From: Piromyces finnis finn
Lineage: Eukaryota; Fungi; Neocallimastigomycota
Assembly (NCBI GenBank): GCA_002104945.1
Contig: MCFH01000001.1
Coordinates: 496,001-560,000 of the forward strand
Reading direction: 5' to 3'
Length of the DNA stretch: 64,000 bases
The notes beneath the pieces were generated by a model. That model saw only the letters and a list, made by a program, of their open reading frames with translations, was not told where the DNA came from and made no database searches. Below, one piece after another: positions 50,704 through 64,000 of the stretch. Position numbers and translations under genes: made by a program. The number at the start of each line of letters is the position of its first letter. Position 1 is the first letter of the stretch.

Positions 50704-53700
50704 TTATATGAATAATTATATAAATAAATAAAAAAAGTATAGGAAAATAAGTCCTAAAGAATATTATAAATGTCAGGGAAGCATCATTCTTATATACATA
50801 AATAGGAAAAAATACTACTATTGCTATTTTAATAAATCATTTATTTAGTTATCATTAAAAATAATTTTTATTACTATGTACAATGTATTAATATAATAAA
50901 TGTTACTGTTTATTTTATTGTAATTTTATATTTACGACTTATTTCTTTTTCTATTTATCTGAGTGTTGTATATTTGTATGTTAGTGATAAAAAGACTTTA
51001 TTCATATTTTTTACTCAAAGTAGTAGTAAATTAGCCAGATGCTATTTTAAAAAAAAAAGAAATATATTCAATATTTTTTATATATATAAATTATTTTTAT
51101 TTTTATAGATATTACTAATATAAACAAAATGTAAAAAATAAGCAAACAAAAGGTATTAACTATGTCTTAAAGTGCATAAATTGTTGTATATTTTTCCTGG
51201 CTTTAATTTACAGAAAAAAAGCAAAATTAGGTTTTACTAATATGGTAAATTGAATTTATCACAACATTTGATTTGTTACCATTTAATTTAATTTAATTTA
51301 ATTTAATTTCAGTTTGATGAAGTTTTTTTTATTGATGAAATGAATGGGTTAGAATAAAAATGGTCTATTTTTTTTTTTATTTAATAAAGTAAAAAGTGCT
51401 ATATTTTTACTTTTTACTTTGTATCTATTATAAATTTCTATTTAAGTATTCAACAAATATAGCTTATTTTTATAACTTTTTTTAAATAAGAATAAAAATT
51501 ATTTAGTTGATCATGGCACATTTTTTTTCTATTTATAAAATTAAAACAACTATTTTTTTAATATAGCTCGTCCCTACCAGCATCCAATAGTTTTTTCTCC
51601 TAATATATATTTTTTTAAGATTTTTACTTTCAAAATAAATGAATTTAATATTAATTAATATCCACATTTTATATATATTAAGTAATTTTTTTATATGAAG
51701 AATAGATAATTTCAATCATTTTTGATGCTGTTTATATATTATTTATGGCTATTTAATATAATAGAAATAAGGAATATCACATTATAACTTTACCTTAGAA
51801 ACGCTTTAAAGTTTCTAAAATATTCTTAGAGAAGTTTTTTTTTTTAACTATTTATGAGCAAACTTAATATTGCTAATTGAATTAAGCAAGTCAAAAATTT
51901 TTTATTTATTATTTTAGATGGATATAAATAAATAAGAAGTTTTCCTTATTATTATTATTACAAAGGCATCATTCTATTAGTAAAAATCCAATTATAAGTT
52001 GTTGAGGAAAATCAAGAAATTAATGTATTAAATTCATTACATTCATATTACATTATGTTTGTAATTTTTACAGAAATGATAAACTATGCTTTTTTTAATA
52101 AAAATAGAAAACACAACTTGTTTCATCTCATTTATTATTTTGTTTTATCCCATTTTTATTTATTAGTTTATGCATAATAATGAAATAGAGTAAAAGGAAT
52201 TAATTTTTATAATCAAATCCTTTTTTTTTTTTTCTACATGATAACTCAAAGTTGAAGTTTTTACATTCAATGATTAGAAAAGCGTATGTAAAACAAATCT
52301 AACCGTCAGTAGAATTATCAGCGTTTTAGAATACTTTTATTTTAATATTTCATTTTCTATTTTATAAATGAATGAATTTAATACATTTTTAATATATTAC
52401 TTAAAGTATATTAAATGTATATTTAAATATATGTAATAATAAATGTCATTATAATATTATTATATATAAACCAATTGGTGAATATTAAATGAAGATAAAA
52501 AATAAAAAATAAACTTTTTAATATATATTATAAAAATTATTTTATTACTTTTCTAATTTATTGGATAAAAATTTATTTTATATTAAAATAATTATTTACT
52601 TTTTTTTTCGATTTTAAAATTCTTAACCAAAAAAGGAAATCTATATCATTTTATTTTCATTACATAATTCATATTAAAAAGTAAAATATAATTATTAAAG
52701 TTTTTTTAATAAACAAAAATTTATGTTGTAACCAATAGTAGATAAAAAGAATTTTAATTTTAAAATATATTTAATATACTATTAATTAAAGTTTATTATT
52801 GGCTAGTTTATTAATTTTTGCAATTATGATGAATGAAATTGACTCATCACTTCAAATAGAATCAATGCTGCTGTTGACAATATTTTATCCAATATTTTAT
52901 CCATTAAAAAAAAAAAAACACTATTTCTACTAATTCATTTAAAAAAATGGATATAGATAAAAAAAAACGAGATGCTTTGAAAGCCTTAAAAATATATAAA
53001 TAGAATAACTTTTTTAATTCCTTTGTTCATTATTTATTATAGTTTGTATGAAAAATAATAATATAATATAATCTATTAATAATAAAGTTATAATATATAT
53101 TTTTATATGAACAATTAGAAACGATTAATTAAAAATGTATATAATTAATAAATGAATAATTATATATATTTATAAACTAAATGTTTAATTTAACTAAATA
53201 TAGATAACTTTTAATTTAATACTTTTTAGGTAGGCTAGAATGTATCATTTATATCGTATTAATAAAACAAAAATTTAATAATATACAAACTATACATACA
53301 TATATTAGTTTTCAATGTAATATTCCATGTGTTTTTTCGATGTAAATCACATAGCATCTGCTTTAATGTTATTCTTTACTTTCTTTAATTTTATAATGGT
53401 ATAGTTAACAATCTATTTTTATTAATGATACTTATATTGATATATAATAATTAACATTCAAAACAAAAACAAAAAAAAAAAAAAGTAAAAAGATTCTTGT
53501 CAAATTAAATATTGAATTATGAAAGAGTTAGAGTTGTTAGTTTTTTTTAATATTTTTTATCCAAGGAAATAATGAATTATCCATTTAAATTCAAGACAAA
53601 AATTTTTTTATATTCTATTTGCTATATTAATCAAAATAAATGAATAAATAAATGAGTATATATCTACTATTGAAAATAACAATGTTTTAGTTGTACATAA

Positions 53701-56164
53701 TTCTGTAATACTGTAATACTGTAATACTTTTTTTTTTTCTCCCTAAAATTAAGGTATATTTATGGGTCATCAATCGTAAAAGAAGTAGGATAATTTATAA
53801 TGACAAAACACGTATTTTTTTCTTTTTTCATATATTATTATGTATGCAAATATTTATTTAATAAATTAGTTTATTTATTTACTTTAATTATATAAATCGA
53901 ACGGTTTTTTCTTTTTCAATTATTGCGAAACTCTTACTTAAAATATATTAAATATATTACCAATTAATATATGTTTTAAATTGAATGTGTGATTTTCATT
54001 GATTCTATATCTTACCGTATATATTATAATATATAATAAATTTATATAAAATGTAAAACAAAAAAATAATATATAATAAAATAAATTTTTTAATCTTTTT
54101 TTTTAAATTAAAAAATGTAATGTTCTTTTTTGTAACCTTTTCCAATATATTGTACAATCTAAAATAATAAAGTTATTCACTAACAAACCTAAATTATTAA
54201 TATTTTATTAAAATAATATTTTAATTAATTAATTGATTAATTTTTTTAATAATTTAATTTATAATTTATAGTACAAAATATAAATAATAATTTTTTAATA
54301 ATAAATAAGATTTATAATCAAATTGTATTCTAAATCTTAATTGTAGTGAATGTTTCACAAATATAATAATATATGGAGAGTATGATTATTCAGTTGGTTG
54401 CCTGTATATATAACGTCTCAACTTTTTAATTTTTGTTTATGATGTTTCGGTGTACTTGGATAGCATAACAATGCATAACAATTATATCCAACAATATGTA
54501 TTGGAATTAATATATGCTATACTACAAACAATAATATAATAACAGTATATTATAATATAACATAGTAAGCCATAAACTATATTATATATATTATAACAAT
54601 TTATTATATTATCTAACCATCTAGACATATTAAAATATAATTTTTAATATATTATAATAAATTATATTCTATTGAAACATTATACTTTTTTTTTATATAT
54701 GATACCTCATTTTTTTCAACAATAGAATTATTATCAGAGTACAAAAAAAAATAAGAATAACCATAATAGTAAAGTGGTCTTATAAGGAATGGTAGTAGTA
54801 AAATACACCATGAATTAAGAAGAAAATATGTATTATTATTATTATTATTTTTACCGTCAAATATTTTTATAATATATTTATAGTTTATATTGTGCTACTA
54901 ACCTTGTTAGCTGTCAATCGTTTTATTTGGTTTAACAATCATTTTTTGTTCGTAGAATCATTTATTTTTATAATGGAAAAAAAATTGTTTAAATCGAAAA
55001 TTAATTACTATTTTTTTAATTAATTCTTAATTTATATAAAAAAGAATAAATTTCTTTCATTTAAAAATTTTTATTCTTTTTTAATATTTTTAAATTTTTT
55101 TAATAATTATTATTTAATAGACTTTTATATATTGGATAAAACTTGTACAGTTTTATATCAATATATTCTCTTTTCATAATTTAATTTAATCAAAATTCAT
55201 CATATTTATTTATTTATTAATTATATATCAATCATTTAAATATTATAATCACTGAAATAAATAAAAGATATTTTTGATACAGTAATAATACAATATTGTA
55301 ATGTTCAATATTATGTTAATTAAAAATAACAAAGACAATAGAAAAAATTATGTTCATTAATTATTTTAGAATTACTTATTTTAGGATTAGTAAAAAAAAA
55401 ATATATATATTATCGAGAAAATTCAAATATAATAAATATTTTCTTTACTTTTAAAAAAAGTTCAAATATACCATGAATTGTCTTTGAAAAGAAATTTTAA
55501 TATATTTATGAAAATAAAAATTTATAATTTTTTTTATTAAAAAAATAAATTAAGAATAAACATAAAAAAAAGTCTATTAATTCGAAATAATATCAAAATA
55601 AATAAAGTAATAATTAAAAAAAATAAAAAGAAAAGATAATTTCAAACATTAAAAAACAAAAAAGCAAAATAAAATAAAGCAAAAATAAAAACAACATTAA
55701 TAATATAAATAATAATATATATTTTTTTAAATTTAAGAAGTTATTATAAAATATATTTTATATAATTTCTAGCCTTTCACTATTTTTTAAAGTAATCTCA
55801 ATATTTTTCCTTTTTAAAAATCATTCAACTTTATAAAGAAGAATAGTATTATATAAAACGAAAAGGAAAAAAGAGTAAAATTTAAAAATTAGGGAAATTT
55901 AATTGTCTTTAAAAAAATAATAATATTAGAAATATAATACAAGTAATAAAAATTATAAATAGCAATAATAAGACAAAGTAAGTTTTTTTTTTTTTGGAAA
56001 AAATTTATTATTCAAAAATATAATACTAAAGAATTATAATGTTAACTTTTATATATATATATTTTTCAGTATACAATTTTTATTTGAAAAAAGATTAATT
56101 ATGAAAAAATTTTAATAATACAAGGTTTTATTAATTTTTTTTCAAATAACAATAAACATAGAAA

Positions 56165-59100
56165 ATGGAAACTAATAAATATATACATGGTGTAAGAGGT
56201 AAGCTATTAATATATAGTTAATATCTCATTGCTTTTGTTCTAATATATATATATATATTGTTTTTAATAGATTTTTTTAAAGCATCTACACCAAAAAGTA
56301 AACCATCCATAAAATCAACAGTATATGATCCAAATGGTAAATTATTTATATAAAAATTATGTATATTATGTATTTTTTTTTTTGATAATTATCATTATTT
56401 ATTTTATATTAATATTTTTACAAATATTATTTGTTACTATTAATTTTTATAATAAAATATATCATAATTTACTTGATAAATAATTTAAATTGTAGTAACA
56501 AAACGTACTGTTCATTATACAGAAATGTTATCACAAAAGGATAAAGTAACCTATAATCATAATAGTTTTCAAAATGAGAATAGTTCAAAAGAAATGAATT
56601 ATTCATCCTCTATTACTAGAATAAATTCAAATTTGAGTCCTTCATTAAATAATCAAAGTCATACTAATTACTTGTCTTCTGTATCTGCTTCAGCAACTTT
56701 AAATAATGAAATAATTCCAAATATGGATAATTCATTGTCCTCTCCTATTCCACCTATTACTCCTGTTAATAACAATCAAACTGAACCACTTATTTCCTCA
56801 TTTATTAATTCCTATAGTACGTCTATTTCCTCAAACATAGACAATACCAATACCCCAGGAATAGAGTACAATAGCAATAATAATATATTCAAAAGTTATC
56901 ATGATATGAATCAGGAAAAAGATTCTGATTTATGTGCCTATTTTGAAAATATTAGTTTTAATGATAAATCAGAAGAGAATATAGGTTTGTCTCATGCTGT
57001 TTTTGGTGATCTTACAAATTCCTTACCGAATTTTTCAAAAAGTTATCAAAATAAATCTAATGCAAACAATTTGATTTACGATAATTTACTTTTAAATAAT
57101 TATAAAAATGAAACCGAAGCTATTGCAAATGAAATAAGTTTAACTGAATCAGAAAAGTTAAATTTACAATCAACATTTAAGGAAATGGAGGATTATCAAC
57201 TTTCAATAAAACAATACCAGTCTGAAAGTTATAATAATCAAAAATCATCCTTAGATGAACTTTTAAAAACTGATTTTAATAAATTTGTTGGTAATGATGA
57301 AAGTACAACAGCTAGTATTACAAATACTACCATTACCAAAGAATCAGATAACAAAGAAAATGAAGAAAAAAAGGAAATAAATAATAAAAATGATAATATT
57401 GACGATTTTACTAATAATGATAACATCAATGATAATTATAATTATAATAATGTTAATAATAATAATGATAATAATGATAATAATAATGATAATAATAATA
57501 ATGTTAATAATAAAAATTTAATTTTACCAGAATTGCATACTCATTATATTGATGATGATACACCATCCAAAATGCCAAGAAAATTAAGTATTAATAAGAA
57601 TGAAGATAAAGATCTTTTAGAAATGATTAAAGATGAATTACTTTTAAAAGGTAGCTTTTCTTCAATTAATAATAATAATTTTAGTGAAAGTCCTTCTACT
57701 AATACAACAGGACTTTCTACTCCAACCACCACCGTTAAAACAAATAATTCCAGTGGTTGGAATCATCCATTTTTGAAAAATTCAGAGTCTTCCAATTTTA
57801 CTGGTATATCCAATCCATTTACTCTTCAATCCTCTAATCTTATTCCTCAATCTGATATGGCACCTAAAGGTCAATATCCTTCTTATGGATTATCTACTCC
57901 ACCTGTAAAGCACACATTTCATACCCCACCAATTTCTCCTTTACAGCCATTAAAAGTACGTAAATATAATTTAAGTATGACTCAACCACAAGAATGCCAA
58001 CAAGAAAGCATTTCTTTTGCTAATAACCAATTTAGCTCTGGTTCTATTGCATTAGAAAACGATTTTGGTGCTAAGACAAATTCTCAATCTAATTTAATGC
58101 CATTGAATAGTTTTGGTGTCATTAATAAGGATTCTGATATAAAGGGTTCTATTAACATTGGTAATAGTGATGCTATTACACTTGGTAAAGATATTGAAGC
58201 AGCAACATCTCGTGTAAATCCATTTTTAACTTTTGGTGATGGTCATAAGGTTGTCCGTCCTGATGAAAATGAAGGCTATCGTGGTCAAATGATTTTAACA
58301 GATATTAAGGATGAATTGAACTTTAATAGTTTTACTTCTAGTTTTAGCAGTTTAAATGAAAGCAAGATAAATTCATCAATAAATGAACAAAATAGAAATA
58401 AAAAGGAAGAAAATAAAAAGAAGAAAGAAGAAGAAAAAAAGAAGAAAAAAATAGGACTAAAGAAAAGAAAAGAAGAGAGAAAGAAAAGAGAAGAAGAAAA
58501 GAAAAGGAAAAAGAGAGAAGAAAAGAAAAAGAAAAATTCAAATATTAAGGAGGAGAAATCAACAAAAAACATTTTTATTTTAAATGATGATAAAAATAGT
58601 TTGGAATCTTTAAAGGATAACTTAAATAATAAGGTTTTAGCAGAAGAGAATAAAAAATTTAATATTATTTCTTTGAGAGATAAACAATCAAATGATGAAA
58701 AGAAAAATAATAGCGTATCTTCCATGAAAGAGTTTTCAATTCTAAGTAAATCTGATAGTAATGCAAATAAATATGCTTTCTTAGAGGATTATATTTCTAA
58801 TTTAAATCATGTTTCTAATAATGCTTTTCCTGTGATTACTTCACCTATTCAAACTCCTCCTCATTCTCCTTATTCAGTATTAAATCCGGGTAAAAGAGGT
58901 AGTGATGTGACCAAAATTGTTAATCAAAGAAAAAGCTTATTGTCTTCTCTTCCTTCTCCATCCTATACAGATCCTTCTTTATCTCCTGGAAAATTATATA
59001 TGAAGAGATCTAGTCTTTTACCAACCGATGATCCAGATATGGATATGTCCAATTCTGATGCCATTCCTCATCGTTATAGTTCTATTTCTCTTAGAACTCG

Positions 59101-62100
59101 TCCGATCCAACCTTCTTCTGTAGAAGAAGAAGAAATTCCTATTCGTTTTAGTTCTGTTTCTCCAAAAACTCGTCCAGTCAGTAGAACGTCAACTTCTCTT
59201 CATTATTCCATTAATTCTATGATGTCAAATTTCAATCTTCCTACTTCTCTTTCTTTAGTAGAAGGTGGAATATTAGCTCCTGATTCACCATCTCTTTTAG
59301 TTAAGGAAAAACAATGTTCTTTAACTACAAAACCAAGTAATGAGATGAATAACTTTTCTTTAACTACAAAACCAAGCAATGAGATGAATCCATTATATAT
59401 AAAATCTTCTTTAACTAATTCATATCGATCTTTTTCTTCTGAACTTGATCAAAGCTTAAAAAAGCAGCATAAGCACCATCATCAATTCCATAATTATAAT
59501 CATCAACATAAGGTTAAATCTAACGGTTCACTTTCTACCTCAACAACAACTACTACAGCCACAAATTCACCTCTTAATCATCATTCAGAATCTCGTTTTG
59601 GACATTATAAGGATAATGATACAGAGTCAATTGAATCCTACGAATCATTTTCTTCTGAACTTAATGAAAGTTTAAAACGTCAAAAACATCGTTCTAAAGC
59701 ACCAACTGGTCATATTTCACCTCATACGGAAGCTATTGAAGTCAAGTCACAAGGGTCTCCATATTCAAATATAAATAGTTTAAATGATCTTTTACACATT
59801 AAAGAGTACAATGCAGATCTCAAAGTTAATAAGGCTCGTTTTTCAAGCAGTTCTTATAATCTTAATGCCCCAGCTACTCGTAAATATGGTGAAAATCGTC
59901 TTTCTTACTATTCACTCCGTCCAGCCAATAGAAATTCTGTTTATTCTAATGCCACTACTGATACAAATGAAAATAATTTAGATTTTGAAAGTTTTGTAGA
60001 AGATCTTATGAATACCAGACATCATCAAAAATATGATGATGACATGAATGTTGAGAATGTCATAAGTAATAAAAAGTCAATAGACTCTTCTCCAAGTTCT
60101 AAGAAAACAAAGTTATCTTCATTATTACCATCTACCGAGGGAACCGCTACAGATAATAATGGCACTATTAATAGAAAAACAAAAGAAAATATAACTACAT
60201 CAAATGAATTGATTTCTGAAACCATTGTTATGAATAAGGAAAGACTAACAGCGTCTCCTGAAATGAATATTTCAATTAAACCATCTCCACCACTAAAAAT
60301 TAATACTGATATCTTAATAAAGACTGAAGAATCATTAAAAACTGGTAGTCCATCTACACCTTTTTCTCCACTTTCTAAACTTTCTATTAATAGTAATGGT
60401 GATCCAACCTTTGGTAAACGTACCACTTCTTTATTAAGTCAAAATCAACGTGAACAAGTAGAAACGATGGGAAAAATAGCATTAAATAAAGAACATCTTA
60501 CTCCAAAAAGTCCTTTTAAAAATGTACATGGCCTTGAAGATATTAAAGAAGATGACAGCATTGTTATTCCACCAAAACCATCTGTTCAAGTCAATGATTA
60601 TAATTCAAGTCATCATAAAAGTCCAAGTATCACTAGTCAATCTAGTATAGATAGTAATGGCAGTCATGGAAGTCGTGCTAGTCGCAACAGTGCCAAACGT
60701 CAAGCTATCTATGCTAAAAGAACGAGTATTTCTTCACATAATTCTCATCATTCATACACTTCTAGTCACTCTCGACAAAAGAATATGCGTAATACTCGTA
60801 CCAGTATTTTAAAAATCGGTACAACGGATAGTAGTGACTCTCACTCTCCTACACCTTCTGTAACTTCTACTAAACGTGTCAGTATTAGTGAAAAACCACA
60901 AAGAATTGAATATAGTTATAATCCATCCTTCCCATTGAATACAATCCCAAGTACAAATTTATCTCATGAGCGTGTCTTAAGTCCTTCGTCTGAAAGCCAT
61001 ATCCAAAATGATGGTCATGTTGATGGTCATTTAAAATCAAGGAAAGTAGAATATACCAGTATTTATCCAAAGAGATCTAGTCTTGTGACGAATATTGGTT
61101 ATGGTACACCACGTAGTAGTAGTTCTAATAGTGTAAGTAGTACTTCTAAAATAGGTGATTCTTACAAGTCTAGTAATAGAATTAGTGTCACCAGTTCTTT
61201 AGGTCATCCTCGTAAGGTTGAATATACTATTAAACATAGTAGTTTAAGTACAGCTACTATTACTTCTAGTAGTAGTTTAGGCCGTCCAAAAAAGATTGAA
61301 TATCGTACCAGTTTATTAAGTAGTGGTTCAAGCAGTTTAAATCGTCCAGTAAAAATTGATTTCTTGAAAAAGAAGAGAAATAGTACTGGTATTGTTACTC
61401 CTTCTTCATCCTATAGTGGATATGCAGCTTCATCCGGTGGTGTTTCTCGTTCAAAATCCAGTAGAGAAGATTATGATAGTAATAAACGTGCAAAGTTTAT
61501 GAGATATGGTATTGAATCTATTAATTCTTCTTCACCTACCAAGGAACGTAACAATGGTTTAGAAAAAATTAAAGAAAATGAAATTTTGGATAACAGTGCA
61601 GAGGAAAGTTTCTTACTTCAATGTAGTCTTACCTCTACTTCTATTGATCGCCTAAATTTTTCATTCTCTAAGGATACTAATATTAATCAAAGTTTTAGTT
61701 TTTCAAGTTTATCTGGTGTTGCCGAATTCCTTAACGGTAAAAATAATAGTATTAAAGCTATGATTGAAAAATCCAAGCCAATCTATGCTAAAGAAGCAAA
61801 TTCCTTTAATACCTCTATCACTACTAGTAGTATTGTCCCACCTTCTGGTATTATTATTGGACCTGATGATCTTAAAGAACGTAAGATTTTCTCACTCTCT
61901 GGAAATAGTAGTGGTTATTCCTCTTCTTATTCAACGCTTTCTCGTTTTAATCAAACTATTTCTTTTGCTTCTGTATCTTCAATACCGGATTCTGCTGTCA
62001 ACCGTAATGTTAAACGAGTTTCATGTATTAATTTAGGACTTTCTAATAGCTCAAGTTCCACTTCATCTACTCTTGGACGTCATCGTCATACACTCTCTAC

Positions 62101-63781
62101 TCACGTTTTTATTAGTGATTTTGATTCTATCACTAGTATGAGTACAAACTTTAAGGATCACATTAAAAATGTCATGACGGCGGAACCTTTAAATGATTCA
62201 TCTACCGAAGATAGTAATTCCAAATCGAATGGTAATACTGGTTCCACTCCGTCTCAACCATTAAAAAGTAGTGTAGATGAAAGTATGATAAATAAGGTAG
62301 GTGGTGAAGAAGAAAGTTTTGCTAATTCTTCTGCATCTTCAATTATGAAACCATATATTCCTGGTTTTGATAACAGAAACAAATCCTTATCTTTTAGTTC
62401 TTCTCATCTATCTTCTTCCATTTTCAATTTCCTTAATAAGGAGACAATAGAAAATCAACGTTTATACCAGAATTCTAAAAAACCCAATACCTTAATGGAT
62501 GATGCTGCCGCCCTCAATCTCAATGCTAATACTTCTTCTAATGCTTTAAATACAAGTTCATTGATTCCAGCTTTTAATGGTATTCATACGGATAAGATAA
62601 ATAATTTTAGGAAGAGTGATATTTTCAATATTAATGGTAAAATTCAACGCCATGGTAACAAGTATCATTCTATTGCTACTTCCAATGGCTATCTTACTTA
62701 CCTTTCTGAAGGTGAGAATTCCTTTAACAATGATTCACTCCTTTCCAACTTTTCTTCAGATGCATTAGTAAATGAGCCAAGCCAATCAAGTACTCAAGCT
62801 GCTGAGGTTAATCCATCAAATGTAGATAATTCTTATTTGTCATTAAATGCATTCCCACCACAATTTGGTACATTAAAGAGTACCATTCTTGGAAATCCAT
62901 CTAACAGTATACTTATAAATCATGATCCAAACCAAAGTCATTCTAGTTTAAAGAAGATTACTTATGATGATAGTGGTGATTTGACAAATTCTGCAAGTCA
63001 TAAAGCCATTAAATTTAAGTCTTCTGATACTGAAGATTTGCCATCTGTTACAACAAAAGAGACCCAAAGCGATGGACCTAGACCAATTCGTATTAAGGAA
63101 TTAGCTCGTCAACGTATGAGTATGTTTAATGAAATTAACTCTATTTTGGATCGTCTTTGTATTTCTAATATGGCTTATGAAATGGATCAACGTGCTCTCC
63201 CATCTCTTAAATTTAAGACAGTTAATAATTTTACTCATTCATTAGGCAATAGTAATGTTTCCTCCCTGACAAATCCTTACCAACCATTCTTTTATAATAA
63301 TCTTGATAGTACAAGTGATGTTGCCTCTCTTTATAATGCGATAACTATTAATCAAACACCAGATCATGAATCATCTAATTCTGAATCAGATTCTGGATCT
63401 GAAGTTCACAAGGAAGAACCAATAGATAGTCCAATCCTTAGCCCCTCACCAAAGCTTCCAGTGATCGCTTTGGAAGGAAAAGTTCTTGATACTAATACCA
63501 TTGTTAATAAAGAAAAAAATAAGAAAACAATTAAACACAAAAAGAGTCGTGGTTTAATGGTCATAGGAAAAAGTTTGAAAAAATTCAAGAGTTTTATTAC
63601 TGGTAGTAATAGTAGTAGTAAGAAAAAGAAAGTACCTATGAAAGTAAGAACTTCATCTATATATATGGATCCAGAAGGTCATGGTGTTCAATATTCTATT
63701 GAAAAAGTTGTCATTTGTGAAGAAGAAGAAGCTAATGAAAATACTGAATTCCAGGATACTTTAGCGAAAACTACTGATTAG
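56165..63781 (+). CDS. ~2460-aa Ser/Asn-rich, probably disordered protein of unknown function (two short exons plus one ~7.3-kb exon)
   Basis: METNKYIHGVR|DFFKASTPKSKPSIKSTVYDPN|VTKRTVHYTE splice in phase 1 into the 2418-aa ORF 56525..63781. No globular domain recognised. Confidence 0.88.
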
Positions 63782-64000
63782 ACAATAATTTAGTAGTAAC
63801 ATTTTCATTTTTTTTTTACTGTTAAATAGAAGTGATGCCATTAATAATAATAATAATAAAAAAAAAAGAATTATGAAACAAATCCTTTTTTTTTTTTTTT
63901 TTTTTTTATAAATGACACATAAATAAACAATATCAAATACAAAAAACAACAACAACAACATCAATAATATTAGTAATACCTAATAAATTCTATGAAATAT

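Noticed and set aside
53704-53727. (CTGTAATA)x3 mini-repeat
   Set aside because: Too short to interpret; consistent with ordinary slippage.
57238-63964. Short antisense and alternative-frame ORFs overlapping the giant gene
   Set aside because: Shadow ORFs of a long Ser-rich ORF, with no independent coding signature.

Overview
Extremely AT-rich, intron-dense eukaryotic DNA full of (ATTT)n/(AAT)n microsatellites. The composition and a flagellar IFT43 gene point to an anaerobic gut fungus (Neocallimastigomycota); this is an inference. Splicing by hand gave 13 protein-coding genes: USO1/p115 (+), TAF8 (-), IFT43 (-), an unassigned ARM-repeat gene (+), SMC6 (+), a Pumilio/PUF protein (+), an intronless 873-aa K/Q-rich orphan (+), RPL38 (+), a LAMMER/CLK kinase (-), TMEM209-like (-), an LPCAT-type acyltransferase (+), an Slm1-like BAR-PH protein (+) and a ~2460-aa Ser-rich disordered protein (+). 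I found no rRNA, tRNA, CRISPR array or intact transposon. The most notable observations are: (1) the intronless, strongly codon-biased, very basic 873-aa protein carrying three copies of an unrecognised ~55-aa domain; (2) an ARM gene built one repeat per exon, with five exons of exactly 123 nt and nearly all introns in phase 1; (3) a LAMMER kinase exon whose skipping creates an immediate stop, as in animal CLK exon 4; (4) telomere-like GGGTTAG motifs recurring in intergenic DNA. Exon boundaries were read by eye and may be off by a few nt. No database searches were run.
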